A DNA stretch of 63,996 nt, filler included, from Chrysochromulina tobinii (GCA_001275005.1; 6 parts of 6 records of this genome joined end to end with filler, not necessarily neighbours in it), one strand, 5' to 3'. Positions 22,144 through 32,938 are shown, counted from the whole stretch's first letter. Translations and numbers: made by a program. Notes: generated by a model from the letters alone, not told the origin.

Positions 22144-23274
22144 TCAGCAGCCGTGCTTGTTGCAAAACTTGTGGTGCCAGTCGGGCTTGCGCGTGCCCTT
22201 CCACACGGGAGCCTCTCGGCGCGCGACGATGCCCGCCTGCCACGGGACCTTTTCGGGCACCTCCCACGGCCACACGTTCGTCGCGACTGCCCAGGGCCAG
22301 TCCTTGCGCGCGGCGCGCCGCATGCGCGCGGGCAGTGTGGGGCCGGCGGCGATCGGATAGCTCTCATTCGCCTCGTGCTTGAGCCAACATTCACCCTTCG
22401 TGTGATTATGGATCGTGTAAGAGAAGCAGCGGTCCTCGAAGCCAGCCGCCTCCGGTGAGCCCGGGCAGAACACCCAAGCATTACACACCCCGCTGCCACT
22501 GCACCTGCCCTGCGTCTTCTCGCGCCGCGACGCTCGCCAAAATGGCTTGCCGCGGTTGGCTGGCCTGGCACAGACGTGCCTCTGGGTGGCGCACGCAGCA
22601 CAGCACTCAGCCGCGGACGCGACGTTGAAGGCGAGTCCCCACACGTACGCCGCGTCGCCCGCGATGTCATACCCCTGGCGAGCGTGGCAACTGAGCCCGG
22701 TGCTCTCCATCTGCGTCTCGCCTGTCTGCGCCAGCTGCTGCTTGAACGCCGCGCTGTCGACGGCTTGGGCAAACTCCGCTTCTGTCGGCGGCAGCCCCAA
22801 GTGGGCGGAAGCAGCAGCGGCAGTGGCAGGCGCGGCGTCACCGCGCAGCAGCGACTCCTTCTCGCGGTGGCGCCGCTCCTCCGCGGCATTGCGGTCGGCA
22901 TGCGGCGCCGCGGCCGCGGCCGCGGCCGGCACCGCGCTCACGGTCGGCACCGTGTTCGCGGTCGCAAGCAGCGCCTCCCTCTTTCGACGCTCCTCAGCAG
23001 CAGTCTCCGCAGTGGTGGGCACAGCCTCTTTGGCGCCCACGACGACCTGATCAGGCATGTCCGGGTCCACCTCCTGCTTGAATTTGGACGGCCGCACGCG
23101 CTTCTGCAGCGGCACGGCCGCCTCGTGGATGTAACCGCGCGCGCCGTGAGCGTCATTCCTCCATCCGCCGCCCATGCCATTGTAGAGGACGGCGGCGAGC
23201 ATGAGGCCCGCGAGAATGCCGAGCACCTTGATAGGAATGGGCGTTGGCGGCGGCGAATCGGGACCTGCTGGCAT
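22144..23274 (-). CDS. Membrane-anchored PAN/apple-domain protein
   Basis: N-terminal TM; GYDIAGDAAYVWG...SAAECCAAC...CNAWVFC...ECWLK. Confidence 0.75.
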   Translation of the reverse strand: MPAGPDSPPPTPIPIKVLGILAGLMLAAVLYNGMGGGWRNDAHGARGYIHEAAVPLQKRVRPSKFKQEVDPDMPDQVVVGAKEAVPTTAETAAEERRKREALLATANTVPTVSAVPAAAAAAAPHADRNAAEERRHREKESLLRGDAAPATAAAASAHLGLPPTEAEFAQAVDSAAFKQQLAQTGETQMESTGLSCHARQGYDIAGDAAYVWGLAFNVASAAECCAACATQRHVCARPANRGKPFWRASRREKTQGRCSGSGVCNAWVFCPGSPEAAGFEDRCFSYTIHNHTKGECWLKHEANESYPIAAGPTLPARMRRAARKDWPWAVATNVWPWEVPEKVPWQAGIVARREAPVWKGTRKPDWHHKFCNKHGC

Positions 23275-23514
23275 TGTGCAGTGCCGCGTGCGTCGGTCGT
23301 GATGTTGCCCGCCCTTGCTCTGGATGCTCCTAAAAAGGGCGCCAAGAGTTGTTTGCAACAAGTCAGTTTCGTCGCGTCCGCGTTGAGGACGTCAATGTTT
23401 GCGGCCATGTGATTACGGCGTTCAACGGCTCCGCTCCCGGTCAAACACGCAAGTACTGACGTGAAGCTCATACTCATGGCAGTTTCGTTAATTCATGCGT
23501 ACCACACGTCCGCT

Positions 23515-23603
23515 CAGGATCGCCGCGCGTCCACCGCTCACCCTGCTTGCTTCTCGCAGAACGGCGGCGCCATACACGCACGGCCTCAACGACGAATACC
23601 TCC
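23515..23603 (+). repeat. One end of the ~0.9-kb repeat also present at 52759-53650
   Basis: CAGGATCGCCGCGCGTCCACC...CGGCCTCAACGACGA matches the reverse complement of 53566-53650. Confidence 0.75.
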
Positions 23604-23703
23604 NNNNNNNNNNNNNNNNNNNNNNNNNNNNNNNNNNNNNNNNNNNNTTAATTAATTAANNNNNNNNNNNNNNNNNNNNNNNNNNNNNNNNNNNNNNNNN
23701 NNN
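23604..23703. other. Artificial contig linker
   Basis: N-run with TTAATTAATTAA. Confidence 0.99.
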
Positions 23704-23792
23704 CCGCCCTCTGCCAAGGGGGGGTTCGCTAGCCGCCCGATGGTTACCCGCCTCGTTAGGTACGGTCCGGTGAGACAAAACAAACTTTTCTG
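23704..23792 (+). repeat. Other end of the ~0.9-kb repeat at 52759-53650
   Basis: Near-identical to the reverse complement of 52759-52847; similarity stops at CTTTTCTG. Confidence 0.85.
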
Positions 23793-23812
23793 AATCGGCT
23801 TCGCACTGCGCG

Positions 23813-25853
23813 ATGCTTGAATCGGTTTCGCATTGCGCGAGGCTTGACACTCGTCTGAGGACGGCGAGGGCGGTCACGCCTTCCCCTTTCTCGGCTGCTT
23901 CGCAGCTGAGCTCCTCATCCTCAGCGCCAGTGCGCAAGGCGTCGTTCCGCGACCTTCCTTCGGTCGCTCGCGCCGTCCCGTCGCCCCCAGTGCGACTTCC
24001 GAACAACGCCCGCGCTGTTCCATCCTCGGCGCCCGAGAGTTCGCCGCTGGTTCCATCGACAGGTGCACTCGGTGCCTCCTCGTCCTCTCTTCCTCGGAGA
24101 TCCTCTCCGCGCCACTCCGCGTCAGTGCGCTCTTCCTCCGCCTCGGATTTCTCGGCCGCGTCCGTCGCGGCCGTCTCCGCGCAGGACTTGATGCGACGCA
24201 GTATGGCGCCGCCCAGAGCCTCCCGTGGGCCCTCTCGGCGAGCCTATACGAAGACCGAAGGGCCGCCCGCTCGGGCCAAGAAGCGCCCTCTTGCAGAGCT
24301 GGCTCTTCCTCCTCCTCCCATTGAGGGTTTCTTCAACCTCGAGGTTAGCGCGTTCACCAGGCGCCGCCGCCGGCTGACGCAAGCCGAGAAGGACCTCCAC
24401 GTCACGTACGCGGACGTGCAGGACTATAAGAAGCGCAACGCCGCGGCATGGCTCGCGTCCATACTCGGCCCGAAGCTCCGCGACCACATGCGTGGGCGGT
24501 CCTTTAGCAGTCCTTCAGACCCCGTCTGAACTTGATCGGGATGAGGCACTCACGCAGCTTCTCCTGCTACGAGCCAGCTCCGAGGGGGCTGCGCTCGCGA
24601 AAGTTCGGCGCGCACTCGCCGCCCTCGTCGCCTTCATGCCGTCCGATCATCTTCCGGCCTCGGCCCTCCTCCTCAACCGGTGCATCACGTCGGCTTCGAT
24701 TGCTGCCCTCTCTGCCGCGAAAGGCTCTCAGGGCGGCGCCACCGTCGCGTCGTCTCTTCGAAGTGGCTTTCGCGACGCCCAGATCCTCGGCATTCCGCTT
24801 CAAGCGGACTCGCTGCTGGTCGATGCAGCAGCCCCGCCCGGTAAGAAGATGCGCCGCGAGCGGCGCGCGGGTTCTATTCCTCTCAAGTGGTACTACGCTT
24901 TTGAGCACTGGGCCCGCTCTATGCCGCCCGGTTTCCATCGCCTTGTGCTGCGACAAGTCCTTATCCTCTGGCTGCACTCGCGGCTACGGATGGTCGACGT
25001 CATGCGCGCCTCGGTGTCTCTCTCGGCCCCATCTACGGATGGGTGTCCTGTCATCATGGTCGTCACTTCCTTCTCCAAGGATGGGGCGCCCATCGACGTC
25101 TACTTCCGCGCCGAAGGTTTCCTCGGCCGCTGGGAATGGATCGATGAGCACATTCTCGATCTTCAGACGCATGGCGTCATCGGGTTTGGTATCCCCGCCT
25201 TCGTGTGCCCCAGGGGCCACGCTGGCAAGATCCTCGAGGCTACGGGCCTCTGCGCCCCGGCTCGCACGGCATCAAAGGAGTACGCCATCGCGTCGCTCAA
25301 GGCCTTCACGGCCATGGAGCCCCTCCTTGCCGTGCCTGCCGTCTGGCTCGCTCTGGGCATTGTCCCCCACTCGGGCCACGGCTCCCCTTCTGACCAACTC
25401 GCGGTCATCGGGCCTCACGCCCCGCCCGACATCGCCATGACCGATGTCGACGAGCGCGAGATGGGTCATTGGCGTCGGCTCGCCAAGCTCAACTCCGGCG
25501 ACGGGGAGATTCCACTCGAGCCGCTCCTACAGGAGGCCATCGACGCCGCTGCCCATCGCGCAGCCGCGACCGCCGCTGGAGCTGGCACGGTTCGCCCTGC
25601 AGCCCCACCGGCCATGACGGCCCAGGACGCGGAGATGCGCGTTCGCTACACTTCCGGCACTAACCGCGAAGGGCGTAAGCGCGCCCAAGTGCGCGTGCAT
25701 GAGCGCTGGGTGCGCGCCGTTCGCCGCGGCATGGCCGCCTTCGGTCAGCCCTGGACAGATCTCCGGGGTGACCGCTCGGACTATGATGTCCTTGAGAACA
25801 TCCCGGCCCTTGAGGCGCCTGTCCTCGGGTCCGACTCGGACTCTGACGATTGA
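23813..25853 (+). CDS. Divergent tyrosine recombinase (probable frameshift near 24490)
   Basis: HSRLRMVD (R), FSKDG (K), PHSGH (HxxR position), MGHW, VRYT (Y); ORFs 23813-24529 and 24492-25853 overlap by one frameshift. Confidence 0.7.
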
Positions 25854-26010
25854 GTACGAACTCTCGTCACGCACCGTGTCTCTCGGAGACGTCTTTCGTT
25901 CGGTTCCTCCGAGCGCCTTTTTCCGCAGCGATTTTCGTTGTGTGTCCGGGCCACTTGCCTGTGAGAGCAATGGAAGAGGAGGCCACGTGCCCCCAGGAAG
26001 GTACATTGGA

Positions 26011-26138
26011 GGGCTTAGTCCCGTTGGCCTACCTTATCTTTTACCATTGACTCTGTCACTGGTCAGGCCCATCACCTACTTCAACGAGATATCACGAGAT
26101 ATGCTATACACGGTTAACGGGCGACCACAAAGTTAGTT
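26011..26138 (+). repeat. 128-bp direct repeat, internal copy
   Basis: GGGCTTAGTCCC...CACAAAGTTAGTT identical to 31161-31288. Confidence 0.97.
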
Positions 26139-26448
26139 CCGCGACAACGAAGATTTATCTATCGTGTTAGCGCACTAGCTTTCTGGACGTCCTACTCTCC
26201 GTATTCATAGCTCGAAGAGCGCTCCGCGCTCTTTCTCTTTCATACTGGAAGTTCACACTTCAACTTCCTCAAGAAAATATCAACGCGTCAAGCGCTCTGC
26301 GCTTCGCCTTTCCGCGGTCGCCGTCAGGCTGCTGCGCTGATATTTTATTTTACCCACCCTCTCCTCCCTAGTAACGTGACCCGCGGGGTTACGTCTCGAT
26401 GCGTGTCACGACCACTTTTGGTCTCACCCGATCATGATATCACGGCGC

Positions 26449-27027
26449 CTACGGCTCCGCCGGCTCCTCTCGGCGCGCGTGGATCCATTCTGCGATCACG
26501 TCCCCATGGCATTCCCTGGGCTTGCATGTACAACGCAGATGCAGCGTCTCTCCGTTACGAACACGCTCAGCTAACCTACTGAGCGCCTGCATCCTTCGAT
26601 GCAAGGGGATTTTTGCGTTCGACGCATGAGGGGTCCCAAGCCTGCGCTCACGCGCGATCTGCGAGGCGGTCTTCGACCCCGTGATCAGCTCGCGGTATCC
26701 TCCCACGGCGGCATTACGGTCTCCCTCAGCGAGCATCTCTAATGGATTCCCATATACCCCCATCGAGGCTCCGCTTCGACGTATGTCGATTTCTCCCGCG
26801 ACGAAGGCGTCTCCGGGACCGAGCACCACCACGCTCCCGCACACATGTTTCCCGCCTTCGGCGGCCTCAGCAGTATCTGCGGGTGCCACCCTTGCCTCGT
26901 AACGCGCCTCAGCTCGCCTTCGAGCAGAATAACCAGCGCGTCGGATCGCCTCGGCGACTTCCCCCTCTTCACCACCGCCGACCTCGGCGAATGAGACTCT
27001 CTTCTTCGGACTCTCCTCAGAGGCCAG
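26449..27027 (-). CDS. DUF4326-like domain, in frame with the upstream gag-like ORF
   Basis: IDIRR...YGNPL...LRCTCKPRECHGDVI; frame is open from directly after the gag TGA, with no ATG ahead of the domain start. Confidence 0.7.
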   Translation of the reverse strand: MASEESPKKRVSFAEVGGGEEGEVAEAIRRAGYSARRRAEARYEARVAPADTAEAAEGGKHVCGSVVVLGPGDAFVAGEIDIRRSGASMGVYGNPLEMLAEGDRNAAVGGYRELITGSKTASQIARERRLGTPHASNAKIPLHRRMQALSRLAERVRNGETLHLRCTCKPRECHGDVIAEWIHARREEPAEP

Positions 27028-28356
27028 TCACTTCTTCGCCTTCTTCTCGGCCGCGACGCGCCCGAGATTGGTCCATGCGTGGTTGTGCCTCTTCCCGCAC
27101 TTCCCTTCCTCGCGCGCATCGCACGTGCCCGTTTTCTCCCATTCGGGACACACGGGCGCCTCGCCGCGCCGCCTGTTCGGCGTGGGCGACCCTCTGCCCT
27201 TTCCGCCCCCTTTTGGGCGCTTGACGCCAGGGGTGACCTCCTCATCCTCCTCTTCAGGACGGCTAGTTTTGGCGGCTGGGGCGCGTCGCCCCGAGCTGCG
27301 CTCCTCTTTGCACGCGTCCTGCCACACTCGGGAGTCCGAGCTGAAGACTCTCGCGACCGCGCGTGACAGCGAGTGGCCGTTCAGCACGGAGATTTCGCTC
27401 ACGAGCTCGTTCCAGAGCGTGTCGCCAAGGGTGATCTTCTGCCTCTCCGTCAGCGGCTCGAGGGCGGTGATCAGATGCAGGATAGCGCTGTCGACGATCT
27501 TCCCCGACAGCTGCGCGGGACGCTTCTCCTTCTTCTTTTTGCTCGGATCCTTGGGGTCCTCCTCATCGAGAGTCCACTCGAGCATCGTCAGGTCGACCCT
27601 CTTGTCGACCTTGAATCCCTCAGGCATCGGCTCCGCGTAAGCCTTGCGCATCGCGAGCAGCACCGAGATGAGGTCCAACAGGTAGCTCTCTCGACCGGCC
27701 GGCACCGTCTGTGCGCGGCCTTTCTCGATGATCTCGCTCAGCCTTCGAACATTCGGGCAGCTTGAGGCCACGGGCCACTTGTCGAACGCCAGCACCATCG
27801 CCCTAGACGGCAGCAGTGCCGCGGGCCATGTATGCGTCTCTGGATGCATCGCCTCCCAGCTCGAGAGCTTCGCGATCCGCTCGTCTTCGCGATCCTTCTG
27901 GCTCTTGATCACGAGGGATCGCTCTTCTCCTCCTTTGCCCGCGGCGCTCGACGGCGTCGTGTCCGGGCTAAGTCGCCCAGCCTTTGTCAATGCTCGAGCC
28001 TCCTCCCCCGATTGCCCAAGCAGCACTCGCAGCAGGCCTTTCATTTCCGAGCGCAGCGCATCTTTGTCTCGTCCGAGGGCCGCCCCACCTGGCGACCCCA
28101 GCAATCGATCCACGCACGCGATCAAGAAGGCCGGCTCTTCCGTCCGCTTCTCGGTGTCCAACCCGAACGTGCGGCACAGCTGCGTGGCTGTCTTCGCGCA
28201 GCCATTCTTCTCAGCCTCGGCGACCTCCACCATCAGCTCGAACATCTTGCTGTAGTCGGTGGCGCCGTAGTTGATGACCATCTGCAGGCTCGCAGGCATC
28301 TCTTTCAGCGCCGCATCCAAGCGGCCCTCCTGGCGCTCCTGCCGTGTCTTCGACAT
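27028..28356 (-). CDS. Gag-like ORF with C-terminal CCCH zinc finger
   Basis: CPEWEKTGTCDAREEGKCGKRH after a basic linker; lies inside the element repeats. Confidence 0.65.
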   Translation of the reverse strand: MSKTRQERQEGRLDAALKEMPASLQMVINYGATDYSKMFELMVEVAEAEKNGCAKTATQLCRTFGLDTEKRTEEPAFLIACVDRLLGSPGGAALGRDKDALRSEMKGLLRVLLGQSGEEARALTKAGRLSPDTTPSSAAGKGGEERSLVIKSQKDREDERIAKLSSWEAMHPETHTWPAALLPSRAMVLAFDKWPVASSCPNVRRLSEIIEKGRAQTVPAGRESYLLDLISVLLAMRKAYAEPMPEGFKVDKRVDLTMLEWTLDEEDPKDPSKKKKEKRPAQLSGKIVDSAILHLITALEPLTERQKITLGDTLWNELVSEISVLNGHSLSRAVARVFSSDSRVWQDACKEERSSGRRAPAAKTSRPEEEDEEVTPGVKRPKGGGKGRGSPTPNRRRGEAPVCPEWEKTGTCDAREEGKCGKRHNHAWTNLGRVAAEKKAKK

Positions 28357-28555
28357 GCTTGCGGCGACGATGCGACTCGTCTCGAGCGCGCCCAAGTGTC
28401 AGTGACACTTTCGGAGGATGATCTCACGTTTGAGATTACTTCAGAGACGCTCCGCGCCCCGACTCATGGACTGACTAGTGCCTCCTTTGGAGGCCCGACA
28501 TCCAAATATGGATGTTACGTCCCACGACGACGCGTAAGTTTGGGCGCACCAAACG

Positions 28556-30976
28556 ATGTCGTCCCGACGGTCATTCGACTCTCGCCCGCTCACTCGCAGC
28601 GCCGAGTCGCGCCGCGAACAATGTCGCGCGCTTCGCGCCGACATGCGTCGCTCGACCGTGTGGCGCAAATGCCTCGCCACCCTTTCGTCGCTATGCCTTC
28701 TTCAAGGACACACGCGACCCGTCGGCAAGAACGAGGCTTGGCTGGTACAGCACTTCCTCGTTCCCGGTCATATTTCAGCTTCATCGCCGGCTGCCCGAGC
28801 CGCAGACGTCGCGAGCCACTTCGCCGAAGCCTTCAAGATGACCCACCCACGCCAGCGCATGGAAGCGGACCTCGATCCAGCTTGCAGGGCTACTATTGAG
28901 TGGCAGTGTTCTGCTCACTTGCGTGGTGACGACATTCGCGTTCTCCGGAACGCTCGCCTTTCGGCGATGGTACAATGCGCGCGTGACCTGGAAGGATGGT
29001 CGCGCGCCCTCGAGGGGCTTGCCCCTTCGTGGCTACAGGATTCCAAGCTCCCGCGACCTCATCACGCTCTCTTCGACCTCGTATCCGAGGTATGCCAGCT
29101 ACCCGACGCCGACCTGGTCGACGACCTGGTTTGTGGCGCCCCGGCCGTTGGCGTATGCCCAGACTCTGGGGCTTTTCGCCGCGATTGGCAGCCGAGCGCG
29201 GTGTCCATCGACGACCTTGACCACGCCGCATGGCACGATGAGGTCCACAGGCAGCTCTCGCGCGCCGGGGCCGACCCCGCCCGCCGCGCCGAGCACGAGG
29301 CCTTGTGGGCGCGTACTGCCGAGGAGGTGGCGAACGGGTTTGCCTTTCCCCTCGGCGGTCGCAAGGACGCGGCTGTTTTCTTTGGTGGCGACGACCAATT
29401 TCGCGAAATGGTTCGTTTCGCAGTCAAGCAGAAGGGCAAGATCCGCCCTTGCGACAACGCCCGCGTCTCCTTACACAACCTCGCCACCACGCTCTTTGAG
29501 CGCCTTTCGCTTGAGTCGGCCGACTTTCCTGCTCGGGCTGCCTCCCTATACGCCGAGCTTTTAGGCGACACCGTCTTTGCCTTTCTCCTCGGCACGGAAG
29601 ACATTTCAGCGGCCTACCGCCGCATGCCGTGCGCGCATCCGTGGTTCACCGTCTTCGCACAGTGGGACCCGGGCGTCCCGGAAGTCAGAGAGCCCTCTGT
29701 CCAATATTTCCGCCTTGAAGGATTCAACTTTGGCCTCAAATCAGCCGTCGTCGCTTTCAATCGCCTCGCCTTTTGTATTCAGCAATCGGCCTCGCGCCTG
29801 TTGGCACTTTGCTGCGCGTCGTACTTTGACGACTTTTGCGTTGCGGAACCTTCTTTTGCGAAGGGCGGCCAACAGATGCTTCGAGATTATGCGTCTCTCC
29901 TTCGCGTGCCCTTTGCGGGCGCCTTCTTGGGCGAACCAGGATCGAAGAGCGACGCACCGTCGCTTCGCAACACCTTCTTGGGCGTTCAGCACGATTTCTC
30001 TCGCTTTGCGCGTGAACGCATCTCCGAGGCGGGCATTGTGCCCGACCGTCTCGCTGAGCTGGCCAAGGACATCTCAGAGATTCTCGAGATGGGCTCCTTC
30101 TCTTCTACGGCGGGTCCTCTCAAGCTCGCAGGGAGGCTCTGGTTCACACTCTCGTGGGCGGTGGGCCGCTTTGGCAGAGCGGCGCTTCAGCCCCTGCACG
30201 CAGCCTCTCTGGGCTCTAGGTCGGAGGTCATCTCGGATGAACTTCGGCGAGCCTTGTCCTTCATACGAGACCTTCTCGTGGACCCTTCGTCGGGATTGCC
30301 TCGCCTTCGCCCGAGGAAGTTCCGCTACAAGCGTTCTCGCCTTCCGCCGGTCCTCGTCTGGTCTGACGCCCGGTGGGAAGCCTCGGACGAGCGCCCTGCG
30401 GGGATGGGATTCGTAGTCTTCTTCCCAGAGACACCTGACCAAGCCCGGGCCGCCACCGACGCCATGGCCGGACGCCGCCCGCCTTGGCTGCTCGGCGCCG
30501 AGACCCCTAGGGGTACGTGGCGCTACGCCGCGTATGACCCAGACTCATCGGTGTACGCCCACTGGCGCGCACGCGAGCAGTACATCGGCCAGCTTGAGTT
30601 GCTGGCCGCCGTCAGCGTATATTATTCGCTGCGTGACGACCTTCGCGGCCGCGAAGTCATCCACTTCACAGACAACGCTGGCGCTCTTGCCTGTCTGATC
30701 AAGAATTACTCGTCGGACATAGACTCCGCACGCCTCGTCCATACCTTCTGGGCCTTGGCGTCCTGCCTGGAGATCGATGTGTGGTTCGAGTTTGTATACT
30801 CCGAAGCCAACATCGCGGACTGGCCGTCTCGTGGAGAGTTGGCCTTCGCCAACGACCTCGAGGCTCTCGCTTGCGAGATGCGAGTTCCCCCTTCGGACTC
30901 ATGGGGAGCGGTCGAGGCCGTTCAGCCTACGGGCGACCCTCCCGCCCCTCCCCGAAAGAAAGTGAGACGCCGTTGA
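28556..30976 (+). CDS. DIRS-type reverse transcriptase + RNase H
   Basis: EDISAAYRR, NFGLKSAV, YFDDF (RT); WSDA, QLELLA, FTDN, SEANIADWPSR (DIRS RNase H). Confidence 0.93.
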   Translation: MSSRRSFDSRPLTRSAESRREQCRALRADMRRSTVWRKCLATLSSLCLLQGHTRPVGKNEAWLVQHFLVPGHISASSPAARAADVASHFAEAFKMTHPRQRMEADLDPACRATIEWQCSAHLRGDDIRVLRNARLSAMVQCARDLEGWSRALEGLAPSWLQDSKLPRPHHALFDLVSEVCQLPDADLVDDLVCGAPAVGVCPDSGAFRRDWQPSAVSIDDLDHAAWHDEVHRQLSRAGADPARRAEHEALWARTAEEVANGFAFPLGGRKDAAVFFGGDDQFREMVRFAVKQKGKIRPCDNARVSLHNLATTLFERLSLESADFPARAASLYAELLGDTVFAFLLGTEDISAAYRRMPCAHPWFTVFAQWDPGVPEVREPSVQYFRLEGFNFGLKSAVVAFNRLAFCIQQSASRLLALCCASYFDDFCVAEPSFAKGGQQMLRDYASLLRVPFAGAFLGEPGSKSDAPSLRNTFLGVQHDFSRFARERISEAGIVPDRLAELAKDISEILEMGSFSSTAGPLKLAGRLWFTLSWAVGRFGRAALQPLHAASLGSRSEVISDELRRALSFIRDLLVDPSSGLPRLRPRKFRYKRSRLPPVLVWSDARWEASDERPAGMGFVVFFPETPDQARAATDAMAGRRPPWLLGAETPRGTWRYAAYDPDSSVYAHWRAREQYIGQLELLAAVSVYYSLRDDLRGREVIHFTDNAGALACLIKNYSSDIDSARLVHTFWALASCLEIDVWFEFVYSEANIADWPSRGELAFANDLEALACEMRVPPSDSWGAVEAVQPTGDPPAPPRKKVRRR

Positions 30977-31160
30977 TCGCGTTTATATTCCTTTCTTATA
31001 GTATGGTACCCATTCGGCAACCATGCGGTACCACGTGGGCAACCTGCGCGGGAGTCCGTGCTTGCGAGGCCGGTCGGCTAGTCGAGCTTGCCCGATGGGC
31101 CTGCTCCTACCCGATGTCGGTACCGCATAGGTTCTCCGGTGTAGGCCGCCCGGTACCTAC

Positions 31161-31288
31161 GGGCTTAGTCCCGTTGGCCTACCTTATCTTTTACCATTGA
31201 CTCTGTCACTGGTCAGGCCCATCACCTACTTCAACGAGATATCACGAGATATGCTATACACGGTTAACGGGCGACCACAAAGTTAGTT
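31161..31288 (+). repeat. 128-bp direct repeat, terminal copy
   Basis: Identical to 26011-26138. Confidence 0.97.
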
Positions 31289-31300
31289 TCCTACTGACTT

Positions 31301-32782
31301 ATGCGCAAGCACGTCGGCGTCCTCGGCGGAGGCTTCGTGGGATGCAGCTCCGCTTTGCACCTGCTTGACCAAGGTGTCAAAGTCACGCTGCTGGACTCGA
31401 CGCGCCCAGGCTCTCGAGCGGCGGCATCTTATGGAAACGCCGGCGTGCTCGCCAACTACGCAACGTCGCCCATCCAGAATCCGGCCTTGCCCTTTCGCCT
31501 TCCTGGGATGCTGAGCCGACACGACGGGCCGGTGGCCTTTGCGCGGCCCTTGGGTGCACTGGCACGCTGGGCCGTACAGCCGGCAACACTCAGATGGCTC
31601 GGCTGCTTCCTTTCCAATTGTAGGCCTTCCAAGGTGGCTGCCACACAGCAGGCGTTGGCTGCGCTGCTGCGCTCGGCCGAGTCGGGCTGGCAGGTTCCGT
31701 TTGCGTCGCTCACAGCCGAAGAGCGCACGCGGGCCTTTGGCGGCAGCGGGCCAACGAAGCTCGGCGCGTGTTTACTCTTTGAGTCACTCGACGCGGCGAA
31801 GGCCGATTTGGCGAGGCGGGAGGCGCATGGCGTTCGTGGCGCAACGCTCAACGCGGCGGGTCTGCTGGAACTTGAGCCCGCGTTCGAGCGAGCAGCGGCA
31901 GAGGGCCGCGTGCTCACTGGCAACTATTTTCCCGATGCGTGGCATCTGGCGTCGCCGGGCGCGCTGGTAACAGCGCTAGCGGCGGCGGTTGCTCGTGCCC
32001 CCTTAGGTCGCGTTCTCTCCGGGACACACGCTGTCGAGATTATCCCCGAGACGCGCGCTCCCAAGAGCGCGAGTGCAGCCGGCGGTGGTGCTGGCGATGG
32101 TGGCGGCGGTGGTGCTGGCGATGGTGGCGGCAGCTCAGCCCAAATCGGAGTGCACGTGCGCCAAGAAGGCCGAGGGGACACAGTACTGCGATTCGACGAG
32201 GTCGTCGTGGCGTGCGGCGCTCATAGCAAAGGCCTCGCGGCCTCGGTAGGGGATGACCTGCCATTGGACACGGAGAGAGGATACCACCTGACGTATCAAT
32301 GGAGTGGTGGAGTTGCGATTCCGCCTCCTCCGAACCTGAGCCTACGCCGCCCGGTCGGCCACACCAAATTGGGCATCTTGCTCACGCCGATGTTCTGCCC
32401 GGAATCGGGCGCGCCCCAGATCCGATGCGCAGGCACAGTCGAGCTCGGAGGCTTCGATGCGCCCGCCAATTCCGCCCGCCTCGACGCGATCGCCCAATTT
32501 GCCGAAACTCTCTTTCCGCCACTGCGCGATCCGGAGAGCGGATGGCGCCGAGTTGGGCAGCCCCTCGGCGACTGGCTGGGCTTCCGCCCGACGCTGCCCG
32601 ACTCGCTGCCCGTCATCGGCCGGTCGAGCGCGTGCCCGCAGGTCGTGTACGCGTTCGGCCACCAGCATCTGGGCTGGACGCTCGGCGGTGTAACCGGTTC
32701 GATGGTAGCGCAGCTGGTATGTGGAGAGGTATCTGTGGAGCCCAGCCTCTCGCCGTTCGCGCCGGGGCGTAGCTTCCTATGA
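31301..32782 (+). CDS. D-amino-acid dehydrogenase-like FAD oxidoreductase
   Basis: GGGFVG, ASYGNAG, ERGYHL, WLGFRPTLPDSLPVIG, FGHQHLGWTLG. Confidence 0.9.
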   Translation: MRKHVGVLGGGFVGCSSALHLLDQGVKVTLLDSTRPGSRAAASYGNAGVLANYATSPIQNPALPFRLPGMLSRHDGPVAFARPLGALARWAVQPATLRWLGCFLSNCRPSKVAATQQALAALLRSAESGWQVPFASLTAEERTRAFGGSGPTKLGACLLFESLDAAKADLARREAHGVRGATLNAAGLLELEPAFERAAAEGRVLTGNYFPDAWHLASPGALVTALAAAVARAPLGRVLSGTHAVEIIPETRAPKSASAAGGGAGDGGGGGAGDGGGSSAQIGVHVRQEGRGDTVLRFDEVVVACGAHSKGLAASVGDDLPLDTERGYHLTYQWSGGVAIPPPPNLSLRRPVGHTKLGILLTPMFCPESGAPQIRCAGTVELGGFDAPANSARLDAIAQFAETLFPPLRDPESGWRRVGQPLGDWLGFRPTLPDSLPVIGRSSACPQVVYAFGHQHLGWTLGGVTGSMVAQLVCGEVSVEPSLSPFAPGRSFL

Positions 32783-32938
32783 AATTCAAGGCGCTCAGAC
32801 CCGCGGCCTCGCCCTCGCGGGCCGTGCGCCGTGCGTTAGTTTTAAAGGAAAGACCGAAAGCTATTTCGAGTCCCACATAGGTTTCATACACATTTCCTCC
32901 TCCTCCTCCTCCTCCTCAATTCCTCTCCTCCTCCTCAT

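Larger units (their letters stand above)
23793..31288 (+). mobile_element. Tyrosine-recombinase (DIRS-class) retrotransposon with split direct repeats; left end missing or interrupted
   Basis: YR, gag-like CCCH ORF, RT-RNase H and two identical 128-bp repeats. Confidence 0.85.
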
